Of a DNA stretch of 64,000 nt, positions 23,431 through 37,958 are shown piece after piece. A program made the position numbers and the translations under genes. The notes under the pieces were generated by a model. It was given only the letters and a program-made list of their open reading frames with translations, ran no database searches and was not told the DNA's origin. Within the stretch, counting starts at the first letter, position 1. Each line of letters opens with the position of its first letter. Origin of the DNA: Eledone cirrhosa (Eukaryota); contig OZ024745.1 in NCBI GenBank assembly GCA_964016885.1, positions 83,142,001 to 83,206,000 of the forward strand, in the 5' to 3' direction.

Positions 23431-23788
23431 AAATCAAAAAAACAAAAATCAAAATCAAAGCTTCACAGCAACAACGAAAAACGCAAAGAAAATAAAAATG
23501 AAGAGAAAAACAAACAGACGGACAGAGAAGGGAAGGGAAAAACTAAGTCAGACATTCAAACACTACATTACAATGAAACTTATGCTTATTCATTTTTTTT
23601 TTTTTTTTGCTGTTTGTTTGTTATTTTATTTATGTTCGTCTACAGCGTGATAATGCCACACAAAAATCACGTGGAGTGACGAAACCACCGGAGGCGATGA
23701 ATTAACCGGTGGTTATGTAACCATACATTCGCCAATCCTCGATAAGAGTGTTTAAATATCGAACCAAACCAGTTCGAATAACGGTGAA

Positions 23789-26700
23789 ATGGAGACTAGA
23801 ATGTCATGTGACAGACTCTCACTCAACAGGTGCTCCCTGGCTCAGCATCAGGGACCTTGCTGTCAACCAAATACTGCTGGTGTCGGAGGAAGAAGAAGAA
23901 GGAAAGGGACCAGAACCAACTGGACGAAAGAATTGAATAGAACTGTTATGCAATGTTACCTGAAGAGTAACCTCAAGGAGAAAGGCTATAGGAAACGGAT
24001 GCATAACATCTGGAACGAGATTGGTCTATTTAAATTAGATGAACAAAAATTGGCCGGGCAGGCTCGGGTAATACGAACTAATGGGTGGATAAGCGAGCTG
24101 GAACTGGAGGAACTGAGCAGAGAGATTAGCTTGGAGATGGAGAGTGGAGTATGCCAGGCAAACGAGCCAGTGGGAAATGAAGGTGAAGCGGTCGAGAGAA
24201 CGGACGAGCCACCCGAAGCAGACAATGATCTGAATTCTGAGATAAATAATACATGGAACAGAGATACGGCCACTGAGGAGATGAATGCTGATGGGCTAGG
24301 ACAAAATTTGGTTGATACCCTAAACTTAGTGGTAGATGAATTGAACAATGATAGTGGGAGACCTATGAACCTAAGATTTGTAGACAGGAAAAAGTTAAAA
24401 GAAACAACAGCTAAGGTAAACAAAGTCATTCCATACCTTGAGGCGAAGAGCCTTCACCAGTGCAACAATATCCTCAAAACAACAGCAAATACGGTGAGGA
24501 AACTACTTGGTATAAAAGCGAGAGGAAACAACAGACCAGAAAGAGCAGAGCCTTGGTGGAAGAAACGACTGAGTGGTCAAATCAGGGAAATGAGAAAAGA
24601 CATTGAAAAGCTTGAGTCCCTACTGAATGGGACACTAAAAAACATAGACACTAAAAATAGACTGGAAATAAAGTACAAAACTAGGAGGAAAAAGCTAAAT
24701 ATTATCATAGAGGAACTGAAGCAACGCATTGTAGCAAAGAGTGCAACAATCAGGCGATACGAGAACAGAGTCAGTCAGTATAGACAGAACCGCATGTTCG
24801 ACAACAACCAGAAGATGCTGTTTGGACAGCTTGAAGGGAAAGAAAGAGGCAACGACTTGATCCCTGAGGCGGATCAAACTAAAACATTCTGGAGAGGAAT
24901 ATGGGAGCAGCATGTTAAACATAATGACCAGGCAGTGTGGATTGAGACAGTACAGAAGGAGAATAGTGAACAGGCACACCAACAAACTGATTTGAGTATC
25001 ACAGTTGAAACTCTTAAGGGGCAGGCCCAAAACTAACCGACTGGAAATCACCAGGCCCAGATGGTGTGCAGGGGTATTGGATTGAAAATATAACATCCCT
25101 CCACCCCAAACTGACAACCATGTTCAATGACTGCTTGATGTCAGGTGAGGTACCAGAGTGGTTGACAAAAGTTATCACAGTTCTGATAATTGTTTCTACT
25201 TTTGGCACAAAGCCAGCAATTTCCCAGTGTATTACTGGTACTTTATTTTATCGACCCCGTGAGGATGAAAGGCAAAGTTAACCTCGGCGGGATTTGAACT
25301 CAGAATGGCAAGGGCCGTAACTCTATGCGTCAAAGCATGGCGTCCGACCCTCTACCGATACTGCCAATTCACTAAACCTCTGATAATGAAAGACCGAATC
25401 AAGGGTAATGATGTTACCAACAATAGTCCTATCACATGTCTGTCCATAATGTGGAAACTGTTGACAAGCATTATGTCTGAGGAAATCTACCATCACCTCC
25501 ACACAAACACCTTGTTACCGGACGAACAGAAAGGATGCCGAAAGAAGTCACGTGGTACAAAGGACCAGTTACTTATTGATAAGATGGTAATGATGAATTG
25601 CAAGAGGAGACACACTGGTCTTGCCATGGGATGGATAGACTACAAAAAGGCATTTGACATGGTGCCTCATTCTTGGATCACCAAAAGTCTGGAGATCTTC
25701 AAGGTGGCAGATAACATCAGACAGTTTTTGGGCAAAAGTATGAAGTCCTGGGAAACAGAGTTAACATCAACTGGAGAATCCTTGGGAAGCGTGAAGATCA
25801 AGAGAGGTATCTTACAGGGAGATAGTCTGTCCCCTCTGTTGTTTGTCCTTGCCCTGATTCCCCTGACCAGTGTACTGCGAAAAGTGAGAGCAGGATACAG
25901 GTTGGGAAAGGGAGGGCTTACCATCAAACACCTCCTCTTCATGGACGATCTTAAGCTCTTCGGAAAGAGTGAGAAGGAATTGGATGTGCTTGTTGACACT
26001 GTCCGTATTTTCTGCAATGATATATGTATGCAATTTGGTATTAGTAAGTGTGGATACATTGTGATGAAAAGAGGTAAGGTGAGCAGAAGTAACGGAATCC
26101 AAGTACCAACAGGTGAGATGATAAAGGAAGTTGACTCTGAAGAAGGATACAAGTATTTGGGCGTTCTGGAGGCTGATGACATCAAGAACAAAAAAATGAA
26201 GGACTTGATAAGAACTGAATACATTCGGAGAATGAGGAGCGTTATAAAGTCACATCTGAACAGTAGGAATGCCATAAGTGCAGTAAATTCCCGAGCTGTG
26301 TCTATTATTAGGTACAGTGCGGGAATTCTGAGATGGAATGTTGCTGAACCAAAAGAAATGGATAGGAAGACTAGGTAGCTATTGACTATCTACAACATGT
26401 TCCACAAGAGGAGTGATGTCGATAGACTCTACTTAAGGAGATCTGAAGGTGGAAGAGGTCTTATCAGCATAGAGGACTGAATTCAGATGGAGAAAAACAA
26501 CCTACACAAATACGTGACTGATAGTAAGGAGGGGATAATAGGCCAGGGGATGTCCAAGAAGGAAATAACACCAAGGAGAAAGAGCAGCCTTCAGGAAAAA
26601 TCCCTTCATAGTACCTTTTTTTAGAAAACTGAGTTTAGAGATCCACAGACATGGAACTGGTTGAAAAGAGGAGACCTTAAAAAGGCTACAGAAGGAATAT

Positions 26701-27426
26701 TAATGACTGTGCAGGAGCAGGCCCTCAAAACGAAGTGGTTGAAACACCATATTTACAAGGAGGAGGCTAGCCCACTGTGCAGGATCTGTGGAGAGAGAGA
26801 GGAGACTGTAGCTCACATTGTATCCGAGTTCAAACACCTAGCCCAGACTCACTATAAGCGCTGGAGACATGATGTGATGGGCAGGGTGATCCACTGGCAC
26901 CTATGCAAAGTAAACAATTTACCACATTCTGAGAAGTGGTATGAGCATAAGCCAGAGGCGGTGATAGAAAACGATCATGTGAAGGTACTGTGGGATTTTA
27001 GGATACAGACGGACAAGAAACTGGAACACAATAGACCTGACCTGGTGCTTGTGGACAAAGAAAAAAGATCGTGCCTGATTGTGGATGTGGCCTGCCCATT
27101 CGACACGAGAGTGCAAGAGAAGGAGAGGTAAAAAATTAACCGATACCAGGACTTAAAGTGGGAGGTAAAAAGGATTTGGAACTGCCATGAAGTCAAAGTG
27201 ATCCCGATTGTCATAGGCGCACTAGGGACTATCTCAAAAAGTTTCCAGGGATGGTTAAAGAAAATTGGCCCCTTCACGCTTTTTGGAACGCTTCAAAAGG
27301 CATGCTTGCTGGGAACAGCAAGAACCCTCCGATACGTCCTGAATATCTGAGGCTGCAGGTAGTGGCTTGATATTCATTTCAACAAACTTTCCAGTTAACT
27401 AACATCAATGACTGAGACTCAAAGAG
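23789..27426 (+). mobile_element. R4/Dong-type non-LTR retrotransposon, family A, near full length, disrupted
   Basis: RT ([22 protein letters not shown]), CRICGEREETVAHI zinc knuckle, RPD...VDVACP restriction-like endonuclease, (TAA)n tail; stops and frameshifts. Confidence 0.9.
25188..25379 (-). mobile_element. SINE inserted in Dong-A with 8-bp TSD CTGATAAT
   Basis: CTGATAAT at 25183-25190 and 25380-25387. Confidence 0.88.
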
Positions 27427-27433
27427 TAATAAC

Positions 27434-27465
<32 letters not shown>

Positions 27466-27478
27466 TAATAATAATAAT

Positions 27479-28071
27479 CCGAGTGTAAACACCTAGCCCA
27501 GACTCACTATAAAGGCTGGAGACATGATGTCATAGGCAGGCTGATCCACTGGCATCTATGCAAAGTAAACAATTTACCACATTCTGAGAAGTGGTATGAG
27601 CATAAGCCAGAGTCGGTGATAGAAAACGATCAGGTGAAGGTGCTATGGGATTTTAGGATACAGACAGACAAGAAGTTAGAACACAATAGGCCTGGTGGTT
27701 TGGGACAAGGAAAAAAGTTCATGACTGATTGTAGATGTAGCCTGCCCATTTGACACGAGAGTGCAAGAAAATGAGAGGGAGAAAATTAACCGATAGCAGG
27801 ATTTAAAGTGAGAGTTAAAAAGGATTTGGAACTGCCATGAAATCAAGGTCGTCCCGATTGTCATAGGCGCACTAGGCACTATCTCAAAGAGTTTTCAAGG
27901 ATGGTTAAAGAAGATTAGTGCAGCCCCCTTTTTTGGAATACTTCAAAAGGCATGCTTGCTGGGACCAGCAAGAACCCTCCGATACGTCCTGAATGTCTGA
28001 GGCTGCAGGTAGCGGCTTGATATTCATTTCAACAAATTTTCCAGCTAAATAACATTAATGACTGAGACTCA
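27479..28071 (+). mobile_element. Dong-A 3' fragment inserted after the TAA tail of the previous copy
   Basis: Repeats 26823-27420. Confidence 0.88.
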
Positions 28072-28100
28072 GCATACAGTCGTTAGTTGTTTCAAGCTAT

Positions 28101-28258
28101 TTAGCCAGTCCAATGATGGGAGGTATTATAAGCAAGTTCATATTGGATCAGGCCACAGCCTCCTTGAGTTCTAGGAAGGTAAAGACGATCCACATCTGCT
28201 TTTGGGTGGTGCATCCTATTACAGGTCACTAACTTACGGACTGTGATGTCGATTCCTT
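28101..28258 (-). pseudogene. Fragment of another R4/Dong family
   Basis: [32 protein letters not shown]. Confidence 0.75.
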
Positions 28259-28260
28259 CG

Positions 28261-28318
<58 letters not shown>

Positions 28319-28319
28319 C

Positions 28320-28592
28320 TTGAATCTCAGTCATTGATGTTAGTTAACTGGAAAGTCCGTTGGAATGAATATCAAGCCACTACCTGCAGCCTCAGATATT
28401 CAGGACGTATCGGAGAGTTCTTGCTGTTCCCAGTAAGCATGCCTTTTGAAGCGTTCCAAAAAGCGTGAAGGGGCCGATTTTCTTTAACCATCCCTGGAAA
28501 CTTTTGGAGATAGTCCCCAGTGCGCCTATGACAATCGGGATCACTTTGACTTCATGGCAGTTCCAAATCCTTTTTACCTCCCACTTTAAGTC
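28320..28592 (-). mobile_element. Dong-A 3' fragment between (TTA)n tracts
   Basis: Reverse complement of ~27150-27420. Confidence 0.85.
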
Positions 28593-28593
28593 C

Positions 28594-28633
<40 letters not shown>

Positions 28634-28634
<1 letters not shown>

Positions 28635-31600
28635 TGCATTTATCTTGCTTTATGTTCATACGAGTTATCACCAAGTCACAACCAGTGACCTCAAGAGACA
28701 ACAAGGTCCGCCATGTTCAAGAAAGAACATACATACTCACACATGTATCTTTAGTGTTTAGACTTGTGATGTACTTATATTGACATAATCTTCCTTAGTA
28801 TATGGGCAGTTCCCATTAGTACTATCTTTTGTATTTCTCCTATACGCGGGTTTCCTGGATTTTCCGATAAGTAATCATTAGACCCTCTAGGTATCGTTCC
28901 CAGAGCGCCTACAACCACTGGTATTGTTTTAGTTCTCAATTTCCACATTTTTCCAATTTCTATCTCCAGGTCCTTATACTTGCTCAATTTTTCAAATGTT
29001 TTTATAGATACATTCTTGTCTATTGGAACAGACATATCAATTAGCAGGCAGACCCTCTTTTGAAAGTCATTCAATATTATATCAGGTCTATTTGCATCTA
29101 TTTTTCGGTCTGTTTGGATGCTAAAGTTCCACAAGATTGAGATGTGATCTTTTTCAAGTATGAGAGGTGGTTGATGCTCCCACCAATTCTTTTGATGGGG
29201 CAGGTCAAAATGCTTACACACTATCCAATGTATGTATTGTGCAGCTCTGTCATGCCTGTTTAGGTATTTGGTTGGAGCTATAGGACTGCACATTGAAATT
29301 ATATGGTCAATGGTCTCTGGTTGTTTTTTGCATACACGGCATAATGGGCTGCATCCATTTTTTATTATGTTGGCTTGGTAATTTTTTGTTGGCAGACACT
29401 GATCTTGTGCTGATATAATCAGTCCTTCAGCCTCCGATTTCAGTCCAGAGGATGCCAACCACTGATGAGTTAAAGTTTTGTCAACATCAGGATTGTTAGC
29501 TCGCTCTGGGTATTTTCCATACAGAGGCTTTTCTTTCGATTTCATAGCCAGTTTTTGTAGCAGTTCTTTCTTTGCAGTTACTTTTACCTGCTTTGCTTTT
29601 TCTGTGTTTTCCATTTCAGCAGTAAATGGGACTTCTGAAATTTGTAGTCCATTACTGTATCTTTGTGCATCTTTTGTAATGGAATATGATCTTTTGGTGC
29701 TTTCGTGTTTCAAAACGAGTTTGATCATCCATCATGTGATTCCCTTAGATATGTGGATAATCCAATTGTTGCAGTTTTCAACGCAATGTCTAACTGGATT
29801 AACCCACGTCCTCCTTCTTTCCTAGGGAGATATATTCTATCTATGTCTGCCTTAGGGTGATGCATTCTGTGCATGGTTAAGAATTTTCGGATTTTTGTAT
29901 CGAGCCTACGGATCTCTGTGCTTGACCAGTTGATGACATTGTAACTGTAGGTTACTACTGGTATGGCAAGCGTGTTTATGGCATCGATCCTATTCCTTGT
30001 ATTCAATTCCGTTCTTAAGATTGCTCTCACTCTGCGGTAACATTCCTTCCTTATCCTTTCCCTCATTGTCGAGTGCTTGATTCCGTCTCCTTCACAAACA
30101 CCTAGATATTTGTAAGATTTTTCTTGATCAAGCTCTCTTATCACGTTCCCCCGATCAAGATTAATGTCTGAACTCTTCAGCAGCTTTCCTCTGGTGAACG
30201 TTGCTTTGGCGCATTTATCCAGTCCAAACTCCATTTTAATGTCATCACTGAACTGCTTCACAGTGGATAATAGCCCTTGCAATTGTTCATCATTTTTTGC
30301 AAATAGTTTCAGGTCATCCATGTAGAACAGGGGATTAATGGTTTTGTCATAGACTCTATATCCATGTTTTGTTTCATTGAGCATTTTACTTAATGGTATA
30401 AGTGCGATGCAGAATAAAAGCGGTGATAAAGAGTCACCCTGAAAAATTCCACAATTAATATTAACTTCTCCAGCTTCCAGTGATTTTGTTTCACTATTCA
30501 AAAGGAGTGTCGTTCTCCATGTCTTTATACTGAATGACAAAAACCTCCTGACAACGGGGGATATTTTGAAAATCTCTAAACATTTTTCAATCCAACTGTG
30601 TGGCAAACTATCGAATGCTTTTTTATAATCTATCCAAGCAATCGATAGATTTTTGTGTCTATTATGACAATCTTCCAGTATCATTTTGTTAACCAGAAGC
30701 TGATCCTTACAGCCATATGAGCCTCGTTTACACCCTTTCTGCTCAATGGGAAATAGGTCATTTGTTATCAGGTGGTCTATGTGTATTCAGTTAGGACTGA
30801 TGTTAAAATTTTATACATTGTGGTCAAGCAGGTTATCGGTCTGTAATTTTTGGGATTGTTTGTCTCATCATTCTTCGGTAGCAGGAATGTAATGCCGTTA
30901 ACTAGCCATGATGGTATCTTTTCTGGCTCCTTAACTATTTCATTGTAAAGTTGGGCTAACAGCTCATGAGACTCTGTGAAGGCATTTATCCAAAAGTTTT
31001 GTATTTTGTCTTTTCCTGGGGATTTCCATTTGCTGGTTTTTCTTAGAGCCAAGCGCAACTGTTCAACTGTTATATTTTCCCATGTTTGTTCTTCAAGGTG
31101 AGCTGTTTCTTTCATTTGTCTGTCTATCCATGGGGCATGTATGTTATGAACTTTTTCTTCGGCCCAGATCTTGCCAAGTAGATTTCTTGTGGGAATTCCT
31201 TTGTTTTTTCATCTTCACTCCACATAAGTGATTTGTGACTTTAGCCGATGCATAATAGAGTAATGTTTAGTTTGTTTGTGATGATAATGTTTTTGAGAAT
31301 TATGTTAGTCTTGTGTATTATCTTTTGGTTCTGTTTGGAGTTCTGGATCTCAGGGAGGGTGTCTCGTTGCCCCATGTCAGATTCTTTCATTTTCATCCAT
31401 TCGATCATAATTTCATCCTTCAAGTTGGCAAGTTCATTCTCATTCATTTCTTTATCATTTACGATCTCATTATTTTCATTTGGAGTTTCATCCTGAGCAT
31501 GCACTCCCTCCACTTTTTCGCTCCTTTCTTTAATTTGTTTTGTTGCCAGTGATTCCGACCCAACCCTGGGATTCGAAGTGTTACAGTTTACTTCGTTTTC

Positions 31601-32315
31601 ACTGACACATGCTTCATTTTCCCTTCGCTGACTTTGTACTACTAGCTTGATCTGATCAATTTCTATATCAGTTAGTAACTTTTTTCTTACAATATTTCTT
31701 CGTATATTGGCTAGTTTGTTACTGTCAATATAGCCTCAGTTTTCGGGATGTTTCTTTTTCCAGTTGATATATGTTTGTTCTGTATTCGATGTATTTGATG
31801 GGTAGTACATGGCAGTGTAGAAAGCCTCAAGGACTTCTTTATTATCTTCCCTTGACCATTTTTCTCTCTTTTTCTTTGGATTTCTTGGTGGTGAGCATGG
31901 AGGGCCAACAGTAGGAGTATTCCGGTTATGGGAGGTCTCCAGCTCCGAAGTGATGGGAAGGTTTGAACCATTAGCTGATTTTTCGACCCCAGTCTGGTTC
32001 CTCTCTGAGGGACGCGGCCCTTTTTTACCAGGGTGACGGCCGATCCGGTATGAGATTTTATCATTAGACATTTACTTTATTTTGTCGCGTTTTATCCTTA
32101 TCCGCCAAGGGGTAATCATTTCGTGTTACCACTTCTAGAACGAGTGTCAACCAAGACTAGAGGGGTCGTTCTCCCCTAGAGACATGGCTATTCCCCGCCG
32201 GCCACCATCCCGGTATTTCTTGGTCACGGGGTTTTCTTTTTGTTGTTTTTTTTTTAATTGTTATTATCATGAGTGGTTCCTTAATGTGAGCATTGCGTGG
32301 CTTAAGAATGAAATT
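28634..32315 (-). mobile_element. R4/Dong family B, copy 1 (internal deletion at ~31171, frameshifts)
   Basis: ORFs 31736-32071, 30777-31115, 29725-30684 and 28775-29728: RT FYMDD, CRVC...HII, RPD...IDMSVP...KLSKY; TAA tail. Confidence 0.92.
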
Positions 32316-32499
32316 ATTAATAATTGTCTCCACTCCAGGCACAAGGCCAGCAATCACCTAGTGCATTACAATAATATAATATACTTTTTGTTGTAGTTGG
32401 CTGTTATTGTTGTTGGCTATGTCGGTGGTGGTGCCGGGGCTTTTTATATTGTTGGTGAGGAAGGGGTGAGCCAGCAGTCCCATAATTGTTGATGTAGAC

Positions 32500-33190
32500 G
32501 TTTGGCCGGTGGCAAGGTCACCAAGTCAATCTATTTATATTTTTTGCTAGCCTCTCTCTTGTCTAGTGATACCGCCACCTTCCCTTTTCTCTCTCAAGTT
32601 AACAGGGGAATAGTGTCGGTAGCATTGAATGAGTGGTGGCGGCGATGATGGATGCGGTGGGGTGGTGGCAGCGGTGGTGTTGTCGTTACTGATATAGTAT
32701 CTATGAGTTTATGTTCGTATGTTTAATATATATTTTTATTATATTTTGTGTTGACATATTCCCGTAAAATTTGAATTAAACATTTTTTAAAATTTGAGAC
32801 AATAGTAATTATTATTATGATGCTGGTGAAATTGTCGTTATCTGGCTGTTATATTTAGTGTGATGGGATAGGTAGTGTATCAAGTTTCTGGTGTTGGTGA
32901 AATTGACATTGCTGCTATTTGGCTGTTCTATATAGTGTAGACAGAGTGTGTTTTGTTCCATTTATAACCATTTTCTTTTTTTGAATACAAAATATATAAT
33001 ACAAAATTGCATATTTGAGCGATACAACAATATAATATGGATCCGAAACTTTATGGGACCTCATTCGGTGCATTTATGCAACATTTGTGCTAAGAATTTT
33101 TCTTTCACAATTGATTTAAATATGTTAAAAATCAAAAACTTACGGGAGCAATTTCGTGACGTTCTACCACCTCGTGCGTCTTCTTCCCTT
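32500..33190 (-). repeat. Leader module upstream of Dong-B copy 1
   Basis: Starts AAGGGAAGAAGACGCAC; homologous to 22323-23430. Confidence 0.75.
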
Positions 33191-33197
33191 ATTATTA

Positions 33198-34786
33198 TTG
33201 CTGTTCCCAGCAAGCATGCCTTTTGAAGTGTTCCAAAAAGCTGGCCGGGACCAATTTTGTTTAACCATCCTTGGAAACTCTCTGACAATCGGGACCACTT
33301 TGACCTCATGGCAGTTCCAAATCCTTTTTACCTCCCACTTTAAGACCTGGTATCGATAAATTTTCTCCCTCTCCTTCTCTTGCACTCTCGTGTCGAATGG
33401 GCAGGCTACATGCACAATCAGACACGATCTTTTTTCCTTGTCCCAAACCACCAGGTCAGGTCTATTGTGTTCCAGTTTCTTGTCCGTCTGTATCCTAAAA
33501 TCCCACAGCCCCTTCATGTGATCGTTTTCAATCACCGACTCTGGCTTATGCTCATACCACTTCTCAGAATGTGGTAAATTGTTTATTTGCATAGGTGCCA
33601 GTGGATCACCCTGCCCATCACATCATGTTTTATAGTGAGTCTGGGCTAGGTGTTTACACTCGGATACAATGTGAGCCACAGTCTCCTCTCTCTCTCCACA
33701 TATCCTACACAGTGTGCTAGCCTCCTCCTTGTAAATATGGTGTTTCAGCCACCTCGTTTTGAGGGCATCGTCTTGCGCAGCCATTAGCATTCCTTCTGTA
33801 GCCTTTTAAGGTTTCCTCTTTTCAACCAGTTCCATGTCTGTGGATCTCTGAATTCAGTTTTCTCAAAGAAGGTACTATGAAGGGATTTTTCATGAAGGTT
33901 GCTCTTTCTACTTGTTGTTATTTCCTTCTTGGATATCCCTGGTCTATTGTCCTCTCCTTCAGTACAATTCTGAGCATTGGCTCCCTACTATCAGTCACGT
34001 ATTTGTGTAGGTTGTTTTTCTCCATCTGAACACAGTCCACTATGCTGATAAGACCTCTCTCATCCACCTTCAGATCTCCTTAAGTAGAGTCTAACGACAT
34101 CACTCCTTTTGTGGAACATGTTGTAGATAGTCAATAGCTTCCTAGTCTTCCTATCCATTTATTTTTGTTCAGCAACATTCCATCTCAGAATCCTCGCACT
34201 GTACCTAATAATAGACACAGCTCGGGAATTTACTGCACTTATGGCATTCCTACTGTTCAGATGTGACTTTATACTCTCCGAATGTATTGAGTTCTTATCA
34301 ATTCCTTCATTTTTTTGTTCTTGATGTCATCAGCCTCCAGAACACCTTTATATGTGTATCCCTCTTCAGTATCAATTTTCTTTATCATCTCACCTGTTGG
34401 TACCTGGATTCCGTTGCTTCTGCTAAATTTACCCCTCTTCATCACAAGGACTCCACACTTACTAATGCCAAATTGCATACATATATCTTTGCTGAAAATA
34501 CGGACAGTGTCAACAAGCACATCCATCTCCTTCTCACTCTTCCCGAAGAGCTTAAGATCGTCCATGAAGAGGAGGTGATTGATGGTAAGCTCTCCCTTTC
34601 CCAACTTGTATCCTGCTCTCACTTTTCGCAGTATAATGGTCAGGGGGATCAGGGCAAGGACAAACAACAGAGGGGACAAACTATCTCCCTGGAAGATACC
34701 TCTCTTGATCCTCACGCCTCCCAAGGATTCTCAGCCCGATGTTAACTCTGTTTTTTAGGACTTCATACTTTTTGCCCAACAACTGT
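33198..34786 (-). mobile_element. Dong-A 3' half, decayed
   Basis: ORFs 34269-34724 and 33164-33592 match family A. Confidence 0.88.
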
Positions 34787-34816
34787 TGTTGCTTATCATT
34801 ATTATTGGGATCGATG

Positions 34817-35268
34817 GCTTGGCAGTATCGGTAGAGGGTCGGACGCCATGCTTTCCAGCATAGTTACGTCCCTTTACGATCTGAGTTCAAATCCCGCCGA
34901 GGTTGACTTTACCTTTCATCCTTACGGGGTCGATAAAATAAAGTACTAGTAATACACTGGGTAATTGCTGGCCTTGTGCCTAAAAGTAGAAACAATTATT
35001 ATTGGGGTCGATAAAATAAAGTACCAGTAATATACTGGGTAATTCCTGGCCTTGTGCCTAAACTAGAAACACTTATTATTATTGTGGATTGGCAGTATCT
35101 TTAGAGGGTCGGACGCCATGATTTGACGCATTGAGTTACGGCCTTTGCCATTCTGAGTTCAAATCCCGTCGAGGTTCACTTTGCCTTTCATCCTTACGGG
35201 GTCGATAAAATAAAGTACCAGTAATTCATTGGATATTTGCTGGCCTTGTGCCAAATGTAGAAACAATT
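34817..35268 (+). mobile_element. Tandem SINE cluster (full, partial, full)
   Basis: Each copy ends in (ATT)n; two subtypes. Confidence 0.85.
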
Positions 35269-35279
35269 ATTATTATTAT

Positions 35280-35867
35280 ATTATAGTTTAGATTTGACAT
35301 CATTTAAACTAAACATTTTGACAGAGTTTAGAGATACATCGTGTTTATGTTAGCTGTTTGATCGGGTCACTAACCCAGTCTATTTATATATTTTGATGCC
35401 TTCCTCGCTTCTAGTCATGTGTAATGGCACTACTACCATCCCTCTCTTAACAGGAGGTAGTGAGGGAATAGTGATGGTAGCGATGATGCAGTGGTGATGG
35501 AAAGTGATGGTGTTGTTGCAGCCGTTGGTTTGTACTTGGCTAAATTTGTTGAGGTAGTGGTGATAGTGGGGGTGGCGGTAGTGGGGCTGGTGTTGAAATT
35601 ATTTGGCTGTTGTTTGTAACCATTTTCTTTATTGACTATAAAATTTCTGATACAAAATTAAATATTAAATATTGGAGTCCTATGCCATAATGTGATGCGT
35701 TGTCACCTCCTGAGAGGTAAGACTGGTATCTTATGTTCCATTTGTAATAAGAAGTATTCTATCACAATTATTTTAAATATGTAAAAAATCAAAAACTTAC
35801 GGGAGCGATTCCATATTACTCTATCCACCATGTGCATATCTTCCATTATTTCTGTGCGTATCTTCCC

Positions 35868-35869
<2 letters not shown>
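35280..35869 (-). repeat. Leader module
   Basis: Starts AAGGGAAGATACGCAC after (TAA)n. Confidence 0.72.
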
Positions 35870-35896
<27 letters not shown>

Positions 35897-35898
<2 letters not shown>

Positions 35899-37958
35899 AG
35901 TTGCATTTATCTTGCTTTATGTTCATACGAGTTATCACCAAGTCACAACCAGTGACCTCAAGAGACAACAAGGTCCGCCATGTTCAAGAAAGAACATACA
36001 TACTCACACATGTATCTTTAGTGTTTAGACTTGTGATGTACTTATATTGACATAATCTTCCTTAGTATATGGGCAGTTCCCATTAGTACTATCTTTTGTA
36101 TTTCTCCTATACGCGGGTTTCCTGGATTTTCCGATAAGTAATCATTAGACCCCTTAGGTATCGTTCCCAGAGCGCCTACAACCACTGGTATTGTTTTAGT
36201 TCTCAATTTCCACATTTTTCCAATTTCTATCTCCATGTCCTTATACTTGCTCAATTTTTCAAATGTTTTTATAGATACATTCTTGTCTATTGGAACAGAC
36301 ATATCAATTAGCAGGCATAACCTCTTTTGAAAATCCTTCAATATTATATCAGGTCTATTTGCATCTATTTTTCGGTCTGTTTGGATGCTAAAGTTCCACA
36401 AGATTGAGATGTGATCTTTTTCAAGTATGAGAGGTGGTTGATGCTCCCACCAATTCTTTTGATGGGGCAGGTCAAAATGCTTACACATTATCCAATGTAT
36501 GTATTGTGCAGCTCTGTCATGCCTGTTTAGGTATTCGGTTGGAGCTATAGGACTGCACATTGAAATTATATGGTCAATGGTCTCTGGTTGTTTTTTGCAT
36601 ACACGGCATAATGGGCTGCATCCATTTTTTATTATGTTGGCTTGGTAATTTTTTGTTGGCAGACACTGATCTTGTGCTGATATAATCAGTCCTTCAGTCT
36701 CCGATTTCAGTCCAGAGGATGCCAACCACTGATGGGTTAAAGTTTTGTCAACATCAGGATTGTTAGCTCGCTCTGGGTATTTTCCATACACAGGCTTTTC
36801 TTGCGATTTCTTAGCCAGTTTCTGTAGCAGTTCTTTCTTTGCAGTTACTTTTACCTGCTTTGCCTTTTCTGTGTTTTCCATTTCAGCAGTAAATGGGACT
36901 TCTGAAATTTGTAATCCATTACTGTATCTCTGTGCATCTTTTGTAATGGAATATGATCTTTTGATGCTTTCGTGTTTCAAAACGAGTTTGATCATCCAAT
37001 CATGTGATTCCCTTAGATATGTGGATAATCCAATTGTTGCAGTTTACAACGCAATGTCTAACTGGATTAACCCACGACCTCCTTCTTTCCTAGGGAGATA
37101 TATTCTATCTATATCTGCCTTAGGGTGATGCATTCTGTGCATGGTTAAGAATTTTCGAATTTTTGTATCGAGCCTACGGATCTCTGTGCTTGACCAGTTG
37201 ATGACATTGTAACTGTAGGTTACTACTGGTATGGCAAGCGTGTTTATGGCATCGACCCTATTCCTTGCATTCAATTCCGTTCTTAAGATTGCTCTCACTC
37301 TGCGGTAACATTCCTTCCTTATCCTTTCCCTCATTGTCGAGTGCTTGATTCCGTCTCCTTCACAAACACCTAGATATTTGTAAGTTTTTTCTTGATCAAG
37401 TTCTCTTATCACGTTCCCCCGATCAAGATTAATGCCTGAACTCTTCAGCAGCTTTCCTCTGGTGAACGTTGCTTTGGCGCATTTATCTAGTCCAAACTCC
37501 ATTTTAATGTCATCACTGAACTGCTCCACAGTGGATAATAGCCCTTGCAATTGTTCATCATTTTTTGCAAATAGTTTCAGGTCATCCATGTAGAACAGGT
37601 GATTAATGGTTTTGTCATAGACTTTATATCCATGTTTTGTTTCATTGAGCATTTTACTTAATGGTATAAGTGCGATGCAGAATAAAAGCGGTGATAAAGA
37701 GTCACCCTGAAAAATTCCACAATTAATATTAATTTCTCCAGCTTCCAGTGATTTTGTTTCACTATTCAAACGGAGTGTCGTTTTCCATGTCTTCATACTG
37801 AATGACAAACACCTCCTGACAACGGGGGATATTTTGAAAATCTCTAAACATTTTTCAATCCAACAGTGTGGCAAACTATCGAATGCTTTTTTATAATCTA
37901 TCCAAGCAATCGATAGATTTTTGTGTCTATTATGACAATCTTCCAGTATCATTTTGTT
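35897..37958 (-). mobile_element. Dong-B copy 2, 5'-truncated
   Basis: ORFs 37044-37988 and 36042-36995. Confidence 0.92.
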
